Shown piece after piece: positions 24,770-37,759 of a stretch of 64,000 nucleotides of DNA (positions are counted from its first letter, which is position 1; the number at the start of each line of letters is the position of its first letter). The stretch is from Octopus sinensis (lineage: Eukaryota). The translations under genes were made by a program, and so were the position numbers. The notes beneath the pieces were generated by a model. The model saw only the letters and a list, made by a program, of their open reading frames with translations. It made no database searches and had not been told where the DNA came from. The stretch spans positions 69,254,001-69,318,000 of the forward strand of contig NC_042998.1 of the NCBI RefSeq assembly GCF_006345805.1, in the 5' to 3' direction.

Positions 24770-25130
24770 AGTAGAAGTGTGTGGTTAAGAAATTCATATT
24801 GTAATCATTTAATTTCGGGTTCAGTCCCTCCGCGTGGCACCCTGGGCAAATCTCTTCTACTATAGCCCATGGCAGGCTAATGCCTTGTGACGGAATTTGG
24901 TAAACGGAAACTGTGTGGAAGGAAGTCTGTCGTATGTATGTGTGCGTGTTTGCCCCCACTTGCCGTGTGACAACCAGTGTTTGTTTGTTTATGTCCTCGT
25001 AATCAAGCGGTTCAGCAAAAGACTTCAATATACAAGTACCAGACGTAAAAACAAGTGCAGGGGTTGATTTGTTTGACTAAACTCTACAAAGCTATGCCCC
25101 AGCTTGGTCGTAGTCCAATAACTGTAACAG
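24770..25130 (+). mobile_element. Diverged SINE A
   Basis: Head/body/tail recognisable with many substitutions. Confidence 0.75.
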
Positions 25131-25319
25131 TAAAATCGATCTAGATTCCCAAAATTTCGAACCAGTAAACAATGGCCGTGTTGCTATCCAACTAAATTTT
25201 CTTGAAGTAAAAATTGTTTGCCAATATAACATGGCAGTCCTGGTTTAGGACGAATGTTGCTTTTATTTAGCCCCAGGAGACATCGTCTCCAGCTGGCTAT
25301 ACGACATGATCTGTGTCCT

Positions 25320-25389
<70 letters not shown>

Positions 25390-26179
25390 TTGGTTAGTTT
25401 TTGTCATTAATTCCTCAGGCGGATGTTTCGGACACAGTTGATGGTGACGTCATCTATATAACAGATACCGATCTCTTAAGTCCAAACTCAAACGCGATAT
25501 CACTTAGCACACACAACTTCTTTAATAAGGGCTCATAAATTAAAACGTAGAAGCGTGTCAAGAGAAGATAAGCCTTGACGAGCCGAACACGTGATGTCTA
25601 AAAGTCTGAATACGTGACCATTTACTCTGACAGTTGAGCAGATACAGTGCAGTGACCCCTGTTTTGAAAACGGGGCCGATGCGCTAAAAACTGCCATTGG
25701 GTTAATTCTAACGATTTCAATTGATCTAAATGTGTGTTTGTGGCCATCACTGCTTTGCAACCGGTACTGGTGTGTTTACGTCCCCAAATAACTTAGCGGC
25801 TCGGTAAAAAGAGAACGATAGAATAAGTATCAGGTTTTAAAAATAAGTACTAGGGTTCATTTGTTTGACTAAAAGCCTTCAAAGCGGTGCCCCAGCATGA
25901 CCGCAGTCCAATAACTGAAACAATAGGTAAAGTGTTCCGAAGGGCCGGCATCTCATCTCTTAGATTTAAATGACTCAGATGGCTAGAGCATGTTACACGA
26001 TCGGGTGATTCCAGAATCCCCAAACAAGGGTTGTGTGGAGAACTTGCAGATAGAAAGATCATAGGGCATACAAAGCTACGCTTTAAGGGTCTATGTGAAA
26101 CTACTCTGAAAGAGTTCTCCATTTAAGAAGTATAAAAGAGAAGAGTCAGCAAAGGAACGCAACAAGTGGCGATCAACAA

Positions 26180-26527
26180 AGGTGGGCGCAGTTAATCGAA
26201 AAGTTAACTTCGTTAACCGTTAATTCGTTAATTATTTCCTAATGTAACGTAAGTTATCGATATTCTAGAACCCCCCCCCCCCCCAACACACACACAAAAT
26301 CGGTTTTTGATCTAAAACCCACCTAAAAACACATTTAAAGAGTGTCAAAACTTTAAAATCCGTTAACTTCAATTCAATTGAAGTTAACGGAAGTTAATTC
26401 AAGTTGATTTGAGTTAACTGAAGTCAAATGTAACGGAAGTTTATCAGTCTGCTTATGATCCCCAAAGTTAACTTTAAAGTTAAATCGTTAGCGAAGAATT
26501 AACGGATTAACGGTTTGATGCCCAGGT
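26180..26527. mobile_element. GTTAAC-rich element, probably a hAT-like non-autonomous transposon with subterminal repeats
   Basis: Numerous GTTAA(C)/TTAACG motifs in both orientations; short GGGC/GCCC-type termini; no TSD seen. Confidence 0.4.
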
Positions 26528-26879
26528 TTGGAGATCAGCTGTGCTCAGAGGAGCTAGATATCTGCGTCAATGAGCAGGCAAGACAAAGACATAAGTCCAC
26601 AACAGTGCTGGACATGTCTGCCTCAACTTTGCTCTACTACAGATATCGCCAAAAACCATGTCGCGAGCACGCAAAGGCCTTACCAGCCACGCAAGTTGTT
26701 GTTTGGGAAGAAGTTAAATAAAGAAGTCAGACGTAAGAAACGAAGTTATCGTTTATGCAATACCGCCAACCAATGACGAAGAAAGCCAGAAACAGGAGAA
26801 TTTGCGTAACTGACGCCGAACTTCCTTTGAACTTATATACTCTGCGACCTTCTGTTTCTGCAAAGGCAAGCTTTAAATT

Positions 26880-27060
26880 TTTTACCTCAGGTCAACTCTG
26901 ATCGAGAAATCCTTTCTAGCCTTGACCTTCACATATTTTAAAAGATTTGTAGGACAACTTTATCTAACGTATTCTTCCTTTATTTAAGACGGCAGATATC
27001 ATTTGAAGTAATGGCTGCTGTTTCTAGTAAATTTATCAACCATGCGGTGACTCCCTTGTT
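26880..27060 (+). repeat. Old dispersed repeat family E (representative copy)
   Basis: ATTTGGCTGCTATTTCTAGCAGG-like core recurs at ~4400(-), 5720(-), 12580, 16960(-), 31930, 33450, 36820, 56175, 57100. Confidence 0.6.
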
Positions 27061-27318
27061 GCCTCGGCTTCATCTTAAACTAATGACTCTCAAGTATTTT
27101 CTATTGCTAGTCTCTTACCCTAAAAATAAACGTATCATCCACCGCTAATTATTTATAATAGTCCCTCGTTAATTAATGTTTAACCGTTTATCTTCCCCCA
27201 CTAGTGTGGTCCCTGTTGGTTTTTCCAGGCCGAGGAAGATGCAATCAGCTCTCTCCAACGGGGTACCTGTGTAAACAGCTTGTTAGTTAACAGTACAAAT
27301 CTCACACACAAACGTGCG

Positions 27319-27368
<50 letters not shown>

Positions 27369-27649
27369 GTGGTTTGTGTAGTCAACTATCCCCAAATATG
27401 TGCATCCTACGTTAATCCTTTTCACTCACAGAAAACCATCTAAGGGGCTTTGATATATTCGCTCAATATGCTGGAAATAGCAGTAAAAATTCCCTTAAAT
27501 TGCCTATCATCTATATCTATTTATCTGAGTGCGTGTATGTATAAACTATATACATACATAATATATATAAACTATTACACTTGCTTGTTTTTCCTACACC
27601 TGTCTTTGTTTTTTTATAAATTTGAACTATATATGTGTGTGTGCGTGTG

Positions 27650-28030
27650 CATGCAGGAGTGACTGTGTGGTAAGTAGCTTGCTTACCAACCACATGCTTC
27701 CGAATTCATTCCCACTGCGTAGCACCTTGGGCAAGTGTCTACTTTAGCCTCAGGCCGACCAAAGCTTTGTGAGTGGATTTGGTAGACGGAAACAGAAAGA
27801 AGCCTGTCGTATATATGTATGTATATATATATGTATGTGCATGTATATGTTTGTGTGTCTGTCTTTGTCCCCCCACCAACATCGCTTGACAACCGATGCT
27901 GGTGTGTTTATGTCCCCGTAACTTAGCGGTTCGGCAAAGAGACCGATAGAATAAGTACTAGGCTTACAAAGAATAAGTCCTGGGGTGCTCCAGCATGGCC
28001 GTAGTCACATGACTGAAACAAGTAAAAGAT
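27650..28030 (+). mobile_element. SINE A, full length
   Basis: Standard architecture. Confidence 0.9.
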
Positions 28031-28061
28031 ATGTGTGTGTGTGCGCGCGTGTGTGTGTGTG

Positions 28062-28102
<41 letters not shown>

Positions 28103-28671
28103 GTGTGTGTGTTTCAAAGCAGTTTCAGATTCAGATCCCTTGGTACTCTGAGTTTCTAGTGTGAGGCTAGTCTTCGGCCATTACCTCCCAATAAATGTTT
28201 GTCTTCTCTCTCTCTCTCTCTCTCTCTCTGTATATATATATAAATAAAATATTGTTTCAGGTGTTGGATTGCGGCCATGCTGGGGCACCGCTTTGAAGTG
28301 TTTTTTAGTCGAACAGAACGATCTCAGTATTTATTTTTTTATGTATTGTACTTATTTTCTCGGTTTCTTTTACCAAACCGTCAGGTTACAGGAACGTAAA
28401 TAAATCAGCACCGGTTTTTATGCAGGGAGGGAGGCACAATCACACACACACACACACACACACACACGTACTGGTAGCGATTTATTCGACTAAAACCTTT
28501 CAAGGCTGTGCCCCATCATGGCCGCAGTCCAGTGATTGAAGCAAGTAGAAAGATAAACATGCATGTTCACCAATAAGCTGAACACGTTGTGTTTAACCGA
28601 TAAACGCCGTAGAATTATTTTTAAAAGAGAATATAAACCCACAGAATGTCTTGTCTTATGTTTAATTGCAT

Positions 28672-29060
28672 GCGTGGCTGTGTGGTAAGTAGGTTGCTTT
28701 TCAACGACATGGTTCCGGGTTCAGTCCAACTGTGTGGTACCTTGGACAAATGTCTTCTACTATGGCCTCGAGCTGACCAAAGCCTTGTGAGTGGATTTGG
28801 TAGACGGAAACTGAAAGAAGCCTGTCGTATATATATATTTATGTATGTGTGTGTTTGTTGCCTGTGTTTTTATCCCCCACTGCCGCTTGGAAATTGGTGT
28901 TGGTGTTTTTACGTCCTCATAACTTAGTAGTTCGGCAAAAGAAAACGATAAAATAAATACCAGGCTTATAAAAAAGAAATAACGGGGTGCGATTAAAAAT
29001 TCTTTAAGGCGGCGGTGCTCCAGCATGACCGCAGACTAATGACTGAAACAAGTAAACGAT
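28672..29060 (+). mobile_element. SINE A
   Basis: Standard architecture. Confidence 0.85.
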
Positions 29061-30364
29061 ACAAGAGAACGTATGTCTTGTCTGATGCTTAGTGATACAA
29101 AACTGCTTGTCGTCCTTAAAAGGTTGTAAAACGCCGATCAAGGTGGAAGGTGTGCGTTTGACATATTTTTGTCTTATTTGTGTGTTTTTGTTGACTGACT
29201 TTCGAACAGTTTCATAAATGAGATTACTGTTGAAATGTGTGTATAATACTTAAATTTGTTATTATATGTAATGTGATATCAATGGTGGTGGTCGTTGTTG
29301 GAGTTGTTGATACTGCTAATTACTTTCTGCGGTGATTTATTGCAGCTTTTCAGCGTCTATGTTCTATACACACGTTTACTAGTCTTTTGTTTGTTTATAT
29401 TTTTATTTGTTATTGGGTTTATTTATTTGTTATTTATTTGTTTAAGGTGACGGTGTGTAGGCTAGTGGTTAAAGTGCTGCACTTAGAATAGAAAGATCGC
29501 GGTTTCGATTTCCACATCGAATGGTGCGCTGTGCTTTTGCTCCAAAACACTTCGCTTCACGTTATTCCAGTCTATTTTGTGGTAAATGAGGAAACGTCCA
29601 GGTGCGTCTGTGTGCTAGGGTGGTGAAGAGTTGTAACTTCAGTTACTTATATACGATGGAAAACTACCCACAGAATTTCCGGGTGGGTACCCGACCTGCT
29701 GGAAGACCACCGGGAGTGAGGGACTCCTTAGTTTTTACTAAAGCATGTCTCTAGAACCCGCTTTAAACTCCGGTTACGTCTGCACTGATACTGGGACCAC
29801 ATGTGAACTTGTATCTCCACTGAAATTCGAACATGACACATTGGTCGGAGCCGGCTCAACCTACCCGGGGTGAACCCACCGCAAGTACATGTAAGTTCAT
29901 GGAAACCGGTTCCAGTTTCGGTCTCATAAGTTGTAGGGCCCACGACTGCCCTAGTTCTAAGTTATATTTCCCGTCAGTGTTACTGTTTAACCGAAGTTCT
30001 GATCAAGAAGACTAATGATCATAAGACAATCCAATCCTGACCTTCCAATATATATCTCCTTTTTTGCTATTCAAGGACTAAGACCATCAAATTTCTCCTG
30101 ATTTTGTTTTTAAAGGTGTCAGGACACTTCTTATCTTTTATCATTCAATTATTTCAGTCATGTCACCGCGGCCATGCTGGGGTACAACATTGAGGGACTT
30201 CTTTTTTTATTTTTAAATCGAACAAATCGACTCGAGTACACATTTATAAAGTCTGACATCAATCAGCCTCTTTTTGCCGAACCGCTGTTTTATGTGGACG
30301 GAAACAAACCAACACTGGTGGAGACTGGGACACACACACACACACGTACGCGCACACACACACA

Positions 30365-30730
30365 TTCTTTTACTTGCTTGTCATTTGACTGCGGTCATGC
30401 TGGAGTAACGTCTTTAGTCGAACAAATCGACCCCAGGGCTTATTCAATGTAAGCCTAGTACTTATTCTATCGCTATCTTTTGCCGAACCGCTAAGTTACG
30501 GGGACGTAGACACACCAACATCGCTTGTCAAGCGATGGTGGTGGGGACAAACACGAATACACACAGCGGTCTTCTACACAGTTTCTTTCCACCAAATCCA
30601 CTCAAAAGTTATTGGTCAGACTGGTGTAATAGCAGAAGACATTTGCCCAAGGTGCCGCCCAATGGCACTGAACCCGAGACCGCGTTTTCCTGAGCAAGTT
30701 TCATAACTACATACACAGTCATACCTGCAC
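30365..30730 (-). mobile_element. SINE A, reverse orientation
   Basis: Reverse complement of the A consensus. Confidence 0.8.
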
Positions 30731-30789
30731 TTACAGACATTTTTCACTATCGCATCCCGCTGGCTGTCGACCGGTTGATTACCTGTAAA

Positions 30790-30990
30790 AGACTTCTGGC
30801 TGCAGCTGACAGAATCGTCAGCACGTCGGACAAAATGCTTAGCGGCATTTCTTCCGGCTCTTTACGTTCTAAGTTCAAATTTCGCCGAGCTGAGATCTGG
30901 CTTTCATCCCTTCGGGGTCGATAAAATAAGGTACCGGTCAAATACTGGGAGTTGATGTAATCGACTTGTCCCCTCCCCTCAAAACCGCTG
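30790..30990 (+). mobile_element. SINE B (tail 2)
   Basis: Head GCTGACAGAATCGTCAGCACG, body and partial tail. Confidence 0.75.
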
Positions 30991-31209
30991 GTCCTGAATC
31001 TGGCAACGGACCGGTGTCCCGTTCAGCGGGGAATGTTGCGATCTCGCCATGGAAACCGGGTAGACGGCATTCTGATAGATGAATAAGGAAGGAAGGGGTG
31101 ATGGCAGACTGGTAGTGGGATGATGGAAATTTTATGGTGAAGAAAAAATCAAACAGCGTTTCAACTCAGTGTGAGTATATGTGTGTGTATGTAAAAGGGA
31201 GTCATGTGC

Positions 31210-31251
<42 letters not shown>

Positions 31252-31984
31252 GTAATGGAAGTGGGATGGTGGACATTCAGCGCTGAAAAGAAAAACCAAA
31301 CTGTTTCAACTCTGTGAGTATATGTGTGTATGTCTGTGCGTGTACAAGGAAAGTATGTGAATGTTTTGTATGTGTGAACCAGCGTTCTTTCAGTAACAAG
31401 CAATGATCGATGTCTCATCTCAAAAGATAAACACTAGATAACATTGACAAGCGTATTAATTTGATTTACCAGCCATATTCTATCTTTTTGTTAAAAATTA
31501 CAATCACACTCACATCTACAAAAACATATACAAACTCATTAGAAAAAATAATTATTGCCTCAAAATATGAAGAATATAATACGATTGCAGTTGAGGGGTA
31601 TATTATAAATTTGGTAATAAAAGAATTATTAAACTAAAAACTTGGTTTTGTACCCCATTTATATATAAAATACTACAATTAGCCATCATTTTTGACGGCA
31701 CAGAGTCAGCTAGTAATAAATAAACGAGACAAATATGAGTCATTTCATGAATGCAATATAGAATATCAAAGCAATATTTCGATCACTTATTTCACCAGAT
31801 GATCCACACAATAAAAACTGGAAATATGAAAATTAAGCCAATTAAAAGATCCATCTGTCACCACTCCACCGCGTCCCTTGGTACTGTCCACTTTGAAAAG
31901 CTCAGCGTTAGGCTATATAATTTTGAGCAAGATTTAGTTGCTATTTTTAGCAAATCGGACGACCGCATTGAAGTTTCTTATTAC

Positions 31985-32635
31985 TCTTACTCTTTTACTC
32001 GTTTCAGTCAAGTGACTACGGCCATGCTAGAGCACCGCCTTTAGTCGAGCAAATCGACCCCAGGACTTATTCTTTGTAAGCCTAGTACTTATTCTATCGG
32101 TTTCTTTTGCCGAACTGCTAAGTTACGGGAACGTAAACACACCAGCATCGGTTGGGGGTGGGGGACAAACACAGACACACAAACATATACACACACATAC
32201 ATATATATATATATATATGAATAAAAAATGGAGTTAACGCAGGTTTAAACAAGTATTTTTACTTTCTACATATGTTTCGAGAAAGTAAAAATACTTGTTT
32301 AAACCTGCGTTAACTCCATTTTTTATTCATATTATTCAAAATATTCAACGTAAACACGAAGTTTCAACCTTTATAAACAAGGAGTTACAACATCTTTACT
32401 TGTGAGATTTTTGCTGCCCTGGTAACTATTTATTTGTTTTTCCGTGTTAATTGTTAACAAGGTAAAATACACTCATCTATATATATATATATTTATATAT
32501 ATATATATATATATATACGGCGGGTTTCTTTCAGCTTCCGTCTACCAAATCTACTCACAAGGCTTTGGTCGGGACTGAACCCGGAACCATGTGGTTGGTA
32601 AGCAAGCTACTTACCACACAGCCACTCGTGCACCT
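31985..32635 (-). mobile_element. SINE A interrupted in its (TA)n tract by a Penelope-type remnant
   Basis: A sequence on both sides of 32215-32480; partial deletion near 32575. Confidence 0.8.
32215..32480. mobile_element. Penelope-type remnant with perfect 53-bp inverted arms and the 3' half of a hammerhead core in the loop
   Basis: Arms 32215-32267 and 32280-32332 are exact inverted copies. The loop on the minus strand reads CGAAACAUAUGUA (palindromic ACAUAUGU, GUA triplet). Flanked by (TA)n. Confidence 0.65.
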
Positions 32636-33499
32636 ATACGTATATGTTGTGTTTTGTGTGAGGTTGTTTCTTATTTTTATATTTTTATTTTTAGTTGTGT
32701 GATTGGGCTTTTATTTTTACGTTGCATTGTGGGATACTTTTTATCTTTTTTTTTTCTTTTAGTCATTAGTCTGCGGTCATGACGGAATCATCCTCCAATT
32801 ATTCTACTGCCTCTATTAAAGCAACAAGCTGGCAGAAGTTATCGCGCCGGACTAGATGCTCAGTAGTATTTCTTCCAGCTCTTTGCATTTCTGAGTTCAA
32901 ACTCTGCCCTGGTCGACTTTGCCTTTCATCCTTTTGGAGTCGATAAAATGAGTAACAGTTGCGCATTGGGGAGAGGGGGGGGGGCGATGTAATCGACTAG
33001 CTTAGGGAGTTCTCGGCCATTTTTCGCCTCTGGACCCCTTTGATTCCATTCGATGTACATAAAAATTATTTTTATGATTAAATATTATTCAGAATTGTAA
33101 TTTTTAAAATAACCGTTAAAATATTTTGTGTATAACCAATTCATTGCACAAATTTTAACAGCAAAATCTTATATGGACCTCTAAAGGTCATATGAACCCC
33201 AGTTGAGAACCATTGGACCAGCCCCTCCCTTCAAAATCGTTATTGTTGGCCTCATGGCAAAATTAGAAAAGAATTTCATTAACTCCATCATCATCATCGT
33301 TGCTTAACCCCAACAAGCGAGCAAACATATAATGAAAGACGTTCCAATCGTGACTATCCCATATCTCGGGGCTGATGTTGGTGGTTAGTGTTGTCTGGAT
33401 TACATTATTTGGTATGATATTTTTTTAAGACGATAGCTTCTGTTTTGAAGGAGATTTGGCTGTTATTTCTTCCAGGTCAAGTGACCAATTTTCTGTTGC

Positions 33500-33737
33500 T
33501 GAATTCAGTGATCCGCACTTCTGTCTCTTGGTGGAGTTGTGCCTGTAATTCGAAGGGCCAGCCATGTTACATTGTGTGTCACACTGACTCTCTCTCTCTC
33601 TCTCTCTCTCTCAGAACTACATTAAGGGCATGTGTGTCTGTGGAGTACTCAACCACTTGCACGCCAATTTCATGAGCGGGCTGTTCCGTTGATCAGATCA
33701 GCAGGTACACTCATCTTCGTAACCGACGGAGTACCAG
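33500..33737 (+). mobile_element. SINE C/D body and tail
   Basis: Matches 56800-56990. Confidence 0.7.
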
Positions 33738-34340
33738 TATAGAGTTGATGGAAAAACTAAATATTCATCATCGAAATAGACGGAGATTCATTCACTATAT
33801 ATATGTTTATATACAAGGACAGACCCATAGATACTGTTACTAAAGATATCACAATAGACCACAACATTATGCTCTCCCTCCCTCTATCACTCCTTCGTAC
33901 TCCCTCTATCTCCCTGTCTATCCCCACCCCGACTCATTCCTCGTCAACAATATCCACTTAAATCCTTTCACAAACTCGGGATCTTTACATAAATCTCTAC
34001 AAAATCTCAGATGATCCGCCATTGTCACCAAATATCAATACAAAATATCGATGACAGAGCTAAACCTCAAACACCAAAGGATTGACATTCCTTCTCTTTT
34101 CGCCAAGAAATTCCGTCTCAGCAGTCGTCACCCTCTACCCTTCCATCTCGTCGACGTGAAAAAAGGTTATATCTATCTGTCTGCCTGCCTGCTTGTGTGT
34201 GTGTGTGTGTGTGTGTCTGTCTGTCTGTCTCTTTCTCTCTATCTCTATCTGACTCTCTCTCTGTCTTTCTACCTGTCTGTATCTATCTATCTATCTATCT
34301 ATCTATCTGTCTATCTGTCTATCTATCTATCTATCTATCA

Positions 34341-35597
34341 TTTAGGCGATCCATTTGCTGTCAACACCCGTTAAAAGGAGGGCTGACATGCCGTGGTTGA
34401 TGATGCGCAGACACGCGCTGAGACTGCGACATCTCTGGCTCTACGTAGACGACGGTGAACAGGTGTGGTCGCCGTTTGTGAGGCACGCTTTCCCGCAGCT
34501 CGTCTCCATGACCGAACTGCAGTCGTGGATCAAACAGAGGCCGAGGAAGGGCGAATGGCACCGCGAGTGTCGTGTTGCTCTCAAGCAACTATACCGTCCC
34601 GGATCGACCTTGAGCGACTTCAACACAACCAAAGCATTCTATAGGGGATTAGTGGAGGGGAGGTACGACGACGATTTCGGGGCGAACCTGGGCGTCTACG
34701 AGGAATACTTGACCTGCCTGTTCAAGACATCTTTCGGGCCGGGACCTATGGACACCTTCCAGAGATCCCTGGCCTGGCAGTGCTATTGAGAAGCGCTACC
34801 CGTTCGGGTTAAGCTCTACAGACATGGCTCAAGAAACACGGGGCCGACCTGTCCGAGATGCGGTCAGAGCGACGAAACCGTTCTGCACGCACTCGTACAG
34901 TGTCCAACCATTTCCGATCTGTGGGCCTCTGTCGAACGACTGCTATCGCGTGTGGGACAAGTCAGTTTATCAATCGAGTCTATCGTGAATATTGTCGCGC
35001 CTCCTTCCTTGAAACGGAAAGGAAGAGCCATTTTCATCGTACTTGTGGCTATAGCGAAAGAATGTGTATGGTGGACGCATCTGAAAGATCTAGAGACAAA
35101 CGCTTTCCTCTCTGGTCAATCTCTCATCAACTTCTTCGAGTATCACTTGAAGAGGAAGGTGAGAGTAGAGAGGGAAGTTTTGTCTAGTGAATGCTTAAAA
35201 AAAAAAGATGGGTGAATGTAGCAAGGATGGCACGTGTGAATAACGGAATCAATTTGAGCATAATCCTATGAACCAAAAGAAAAAAATCGAAAGGAAAAAA
35301 GAGACCCACTTACTATAATGTTTTTTTTTTTGCATGACACTATTGCCCAAGGTTCCCGTGGTCTTTTCCGTAGGCTTTTCTATCCACGGACAAACCTAAT
35401 CTGTTTTCCCCCTTTACATTGACATTACTGTGATACACGATCCTCCCTTTTTCTCTTTTTTCTTTTCACGTTCCCTTTTGATCGGAATTCACCCCTCTTT
35501 TTTTTTGTTTTCCCCCCTTCTCTTCTTCCCAAAAAGAAAAGCTCTACTTTGTATTTTGTCCCTTCTGTGTTTAGCCCTGCGTGGCCATTAAAGAAAT
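34341..35597 (+). mobile_element. 5'-truncated Tx1/L1-clade non-LTR retrotransposon (ORF2 C-terminus and 3' UTR) within (TATC)n/(CT)n microsatellite
   Basis: ..CCQHPLKGGL(fs)MPWL..ALRLRHL.., premature TGA at 34787, CCHC knuckle CPRCGQSDETVLHALVQC (34850-34903), frameshift in the A-run ~35200, stop ~35271, pyrimidine-rich 3' UTR ending ..TAAAGAAAT. Confidence 0.85.
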
Positions 35598-35605
35598 CTA
35601 TCTAT

Positions 35606-35655
<50 letters not shown>

Positions 35656-36194
35656 CTATCTGTCTCTCTGTCTGCCCCCCTCTCTCTCTATCTATCTATC
35701 TCTGTCTGTCTTTATCTATCTGTCTATCGGTCTACTTGTCTGTCTGCCTGTCTGGTTTTATCTATCAATCTGTCTGTTTGTCTATCAGTCTGCATGCTTT
35801 TTCGTCTATCTATCTGCCTGTCTGTCTGTCTCTCTGTCTCTCTCTGTCTGTCTGTCTCTCTCTCCCTCTTCCTGTCTGTTTGTCTATGTTATAGTTATAT
35901 GGAAATAGTGTGTGTGTGAGTACTCGCGCGTGTTTGAAGACCTTGGCTATGTTCCAAATATGAAATATTAATATCTTATATTTTGGAATAAAACGTTCCA
36001 AGCTCCGTCAACGATTCAAGACCTTCCGGTTTTTTTTTTATTTTACAGACGAAACAAAGTGTGATTACTGTTTAACCCAGAGTAGGCCTATCGTCGAAAA
36101 TTAGTCTGTGACCATCCCATCTATTTATGCATATGTACACAAATGTGTGTGTGTGCGTGTGGAGTATAACTGAGTGTACATTATCGAATGTATC

Positions 36195-36541
36195 TTCTAA
36201 TTGTTTCAGTCACTAGAGTGCGGCCATGCTGGGCACCGACTTGAAGGGTTTTAGTCGGAGAAATCGATCCCTGTATTTATGTTCTTTTGTGTTTGCTTTT
36301 AAAGCCTGGTACTTATTCGATTAGTCATTTTTGCCGAATCGCTAGGTCTACGGGGACGTAAACAAACCTACGCAAGTTGTCAAGCGGTGGCGAGGAATAA
36401 ATACACACACAACATGCACACAAACACACTTATAATATAAGAGAAAGGTTGAGTTCAATTAGAACAGTTTTACTTTGGGGGATCCAAAGTTAGATTTCTA
36501 ATAAAGATTCTTCATATTAAATTTGTAGCTTGCTATTGCAA

Positions 36542-36619
<78 letters not shown>

Positions 36620-36790
36620 TACACACACGACGGGCTTCCTTCATTTTCCGTTTACCAAATCCACTCACAAGGCTTTCGTCAAACTGAGGCTGTAGAAGAA
36701 GACACCTGCCCAAGGTACCATGTATTGGGACTGAAACTCAAGCCATGTGTTTGGGAAGCAAACTTCTTACCACGCAGCCATATGTTTTTA
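36195..36790 (-). mobile_element. Diverged SINE A with internal insertions
   Basis: A-family tail at left, head at right, (TA)n centre. Confidence 0.7.
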
Positions 36791-37237
36791 TACCCAATCG
36801 GATATGATAGATATGAAGGCGATTTAGCTGGTATTTCCAGCAGGATAGGTTGCTCTCTAGACGTTTTCTCCTCTGCTAATGGTAGTAGTTGTTGATGTTT
36901 AATCTCTGGGCAAGAATCTTAGGAATGGTGTTGTGTCTGTTTCTCTCTCGTTATCACCACCAGACTTCCAATTTCCTCACCGTGAAGGAATCGTCTTATT
37001 TGTTTTTGTTTTGCAGCAACGAAGAGATAGTTTGGCAGTGGTCTGGTTTTTAAGTGTTTCATTTTCGATACCAGCCTGGTGATGATCATCATATCTTTTA
37101 TCTGGTTCACTCATTAGACCGCGGCCATGCTGGAGCACTGCTTTGAATAAGTTTTAGTCGAACGAATCGATCACAATACTTAAATTTTTTTAAAGCTTGG
37201 CGCTTATTCAGTTGGTCTCTTTTGTTGAACTGCTAGG

Positions 37238-37556
37238 TTACGGGGACGTTAACTTTACCTTTCATCCTTTCGGGGTCGATAAATTAAGTACCAGTTACGC
37301 ACTGGGGTCGATCTAATCGACTTAATCCGTTTGTCTGTCCTTGTTTGTCCTCTCTGTGTTTAGCCCCTTGTGGGTAGTAAAGAAATAGGTATTACGTCTG
37401 TCTTTATGTTCCGAGTTCAAATACCGCCGAGGTCGACTTTGCCTTTTATCCTTTCGGGGTCGATAAATTAAGTACCAAGTGCTTTCTGGGGTCGATCTAA
37501 TCGACTGCCCCCCCCCACCACCAAATTTCGGGTCTTGTGCCTAGAGTAGAAAAGAA
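37238..37556 (+). mobile_element. SINE B head-to-tail dimer (tail 1 unit + tail 2 unit)
   Basis: Junction AAAGAAATA|GGTATTACGTC at ~37388. Confidence 0.85.
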
Positions 37557-37759
37557 TATTTCCTACATTAAATTTATTCAAAGTAACTTAACTACAGGAG
37601 CAAGTTTCGGGTTCAGTCCCACTGCGTGGAGCTTTGGGCAGGTGTCTTCTATACCCCAGGGTCGACGAAAGCCTCGTGAATGAATACGGTAGAGGAAGAC
37701 CGTCGCGCGCGCGCGTGCTAACATTATCAAATTCGCGGCAATATGCAAATTAGTTTACT

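Noticed and set aside
25400-25470. CCGAAAC and CTGAGGA on the minus strand near a TA-flanked repeat
   Set aside because: Order and spacing are incompatible with any hammerhead topology.
26515-26776. Overlapping 68-aa ORFs in GC-richer unique DNA
   Set aside because: No motif, no convincing splice context and no relation to the PP1-regulator.
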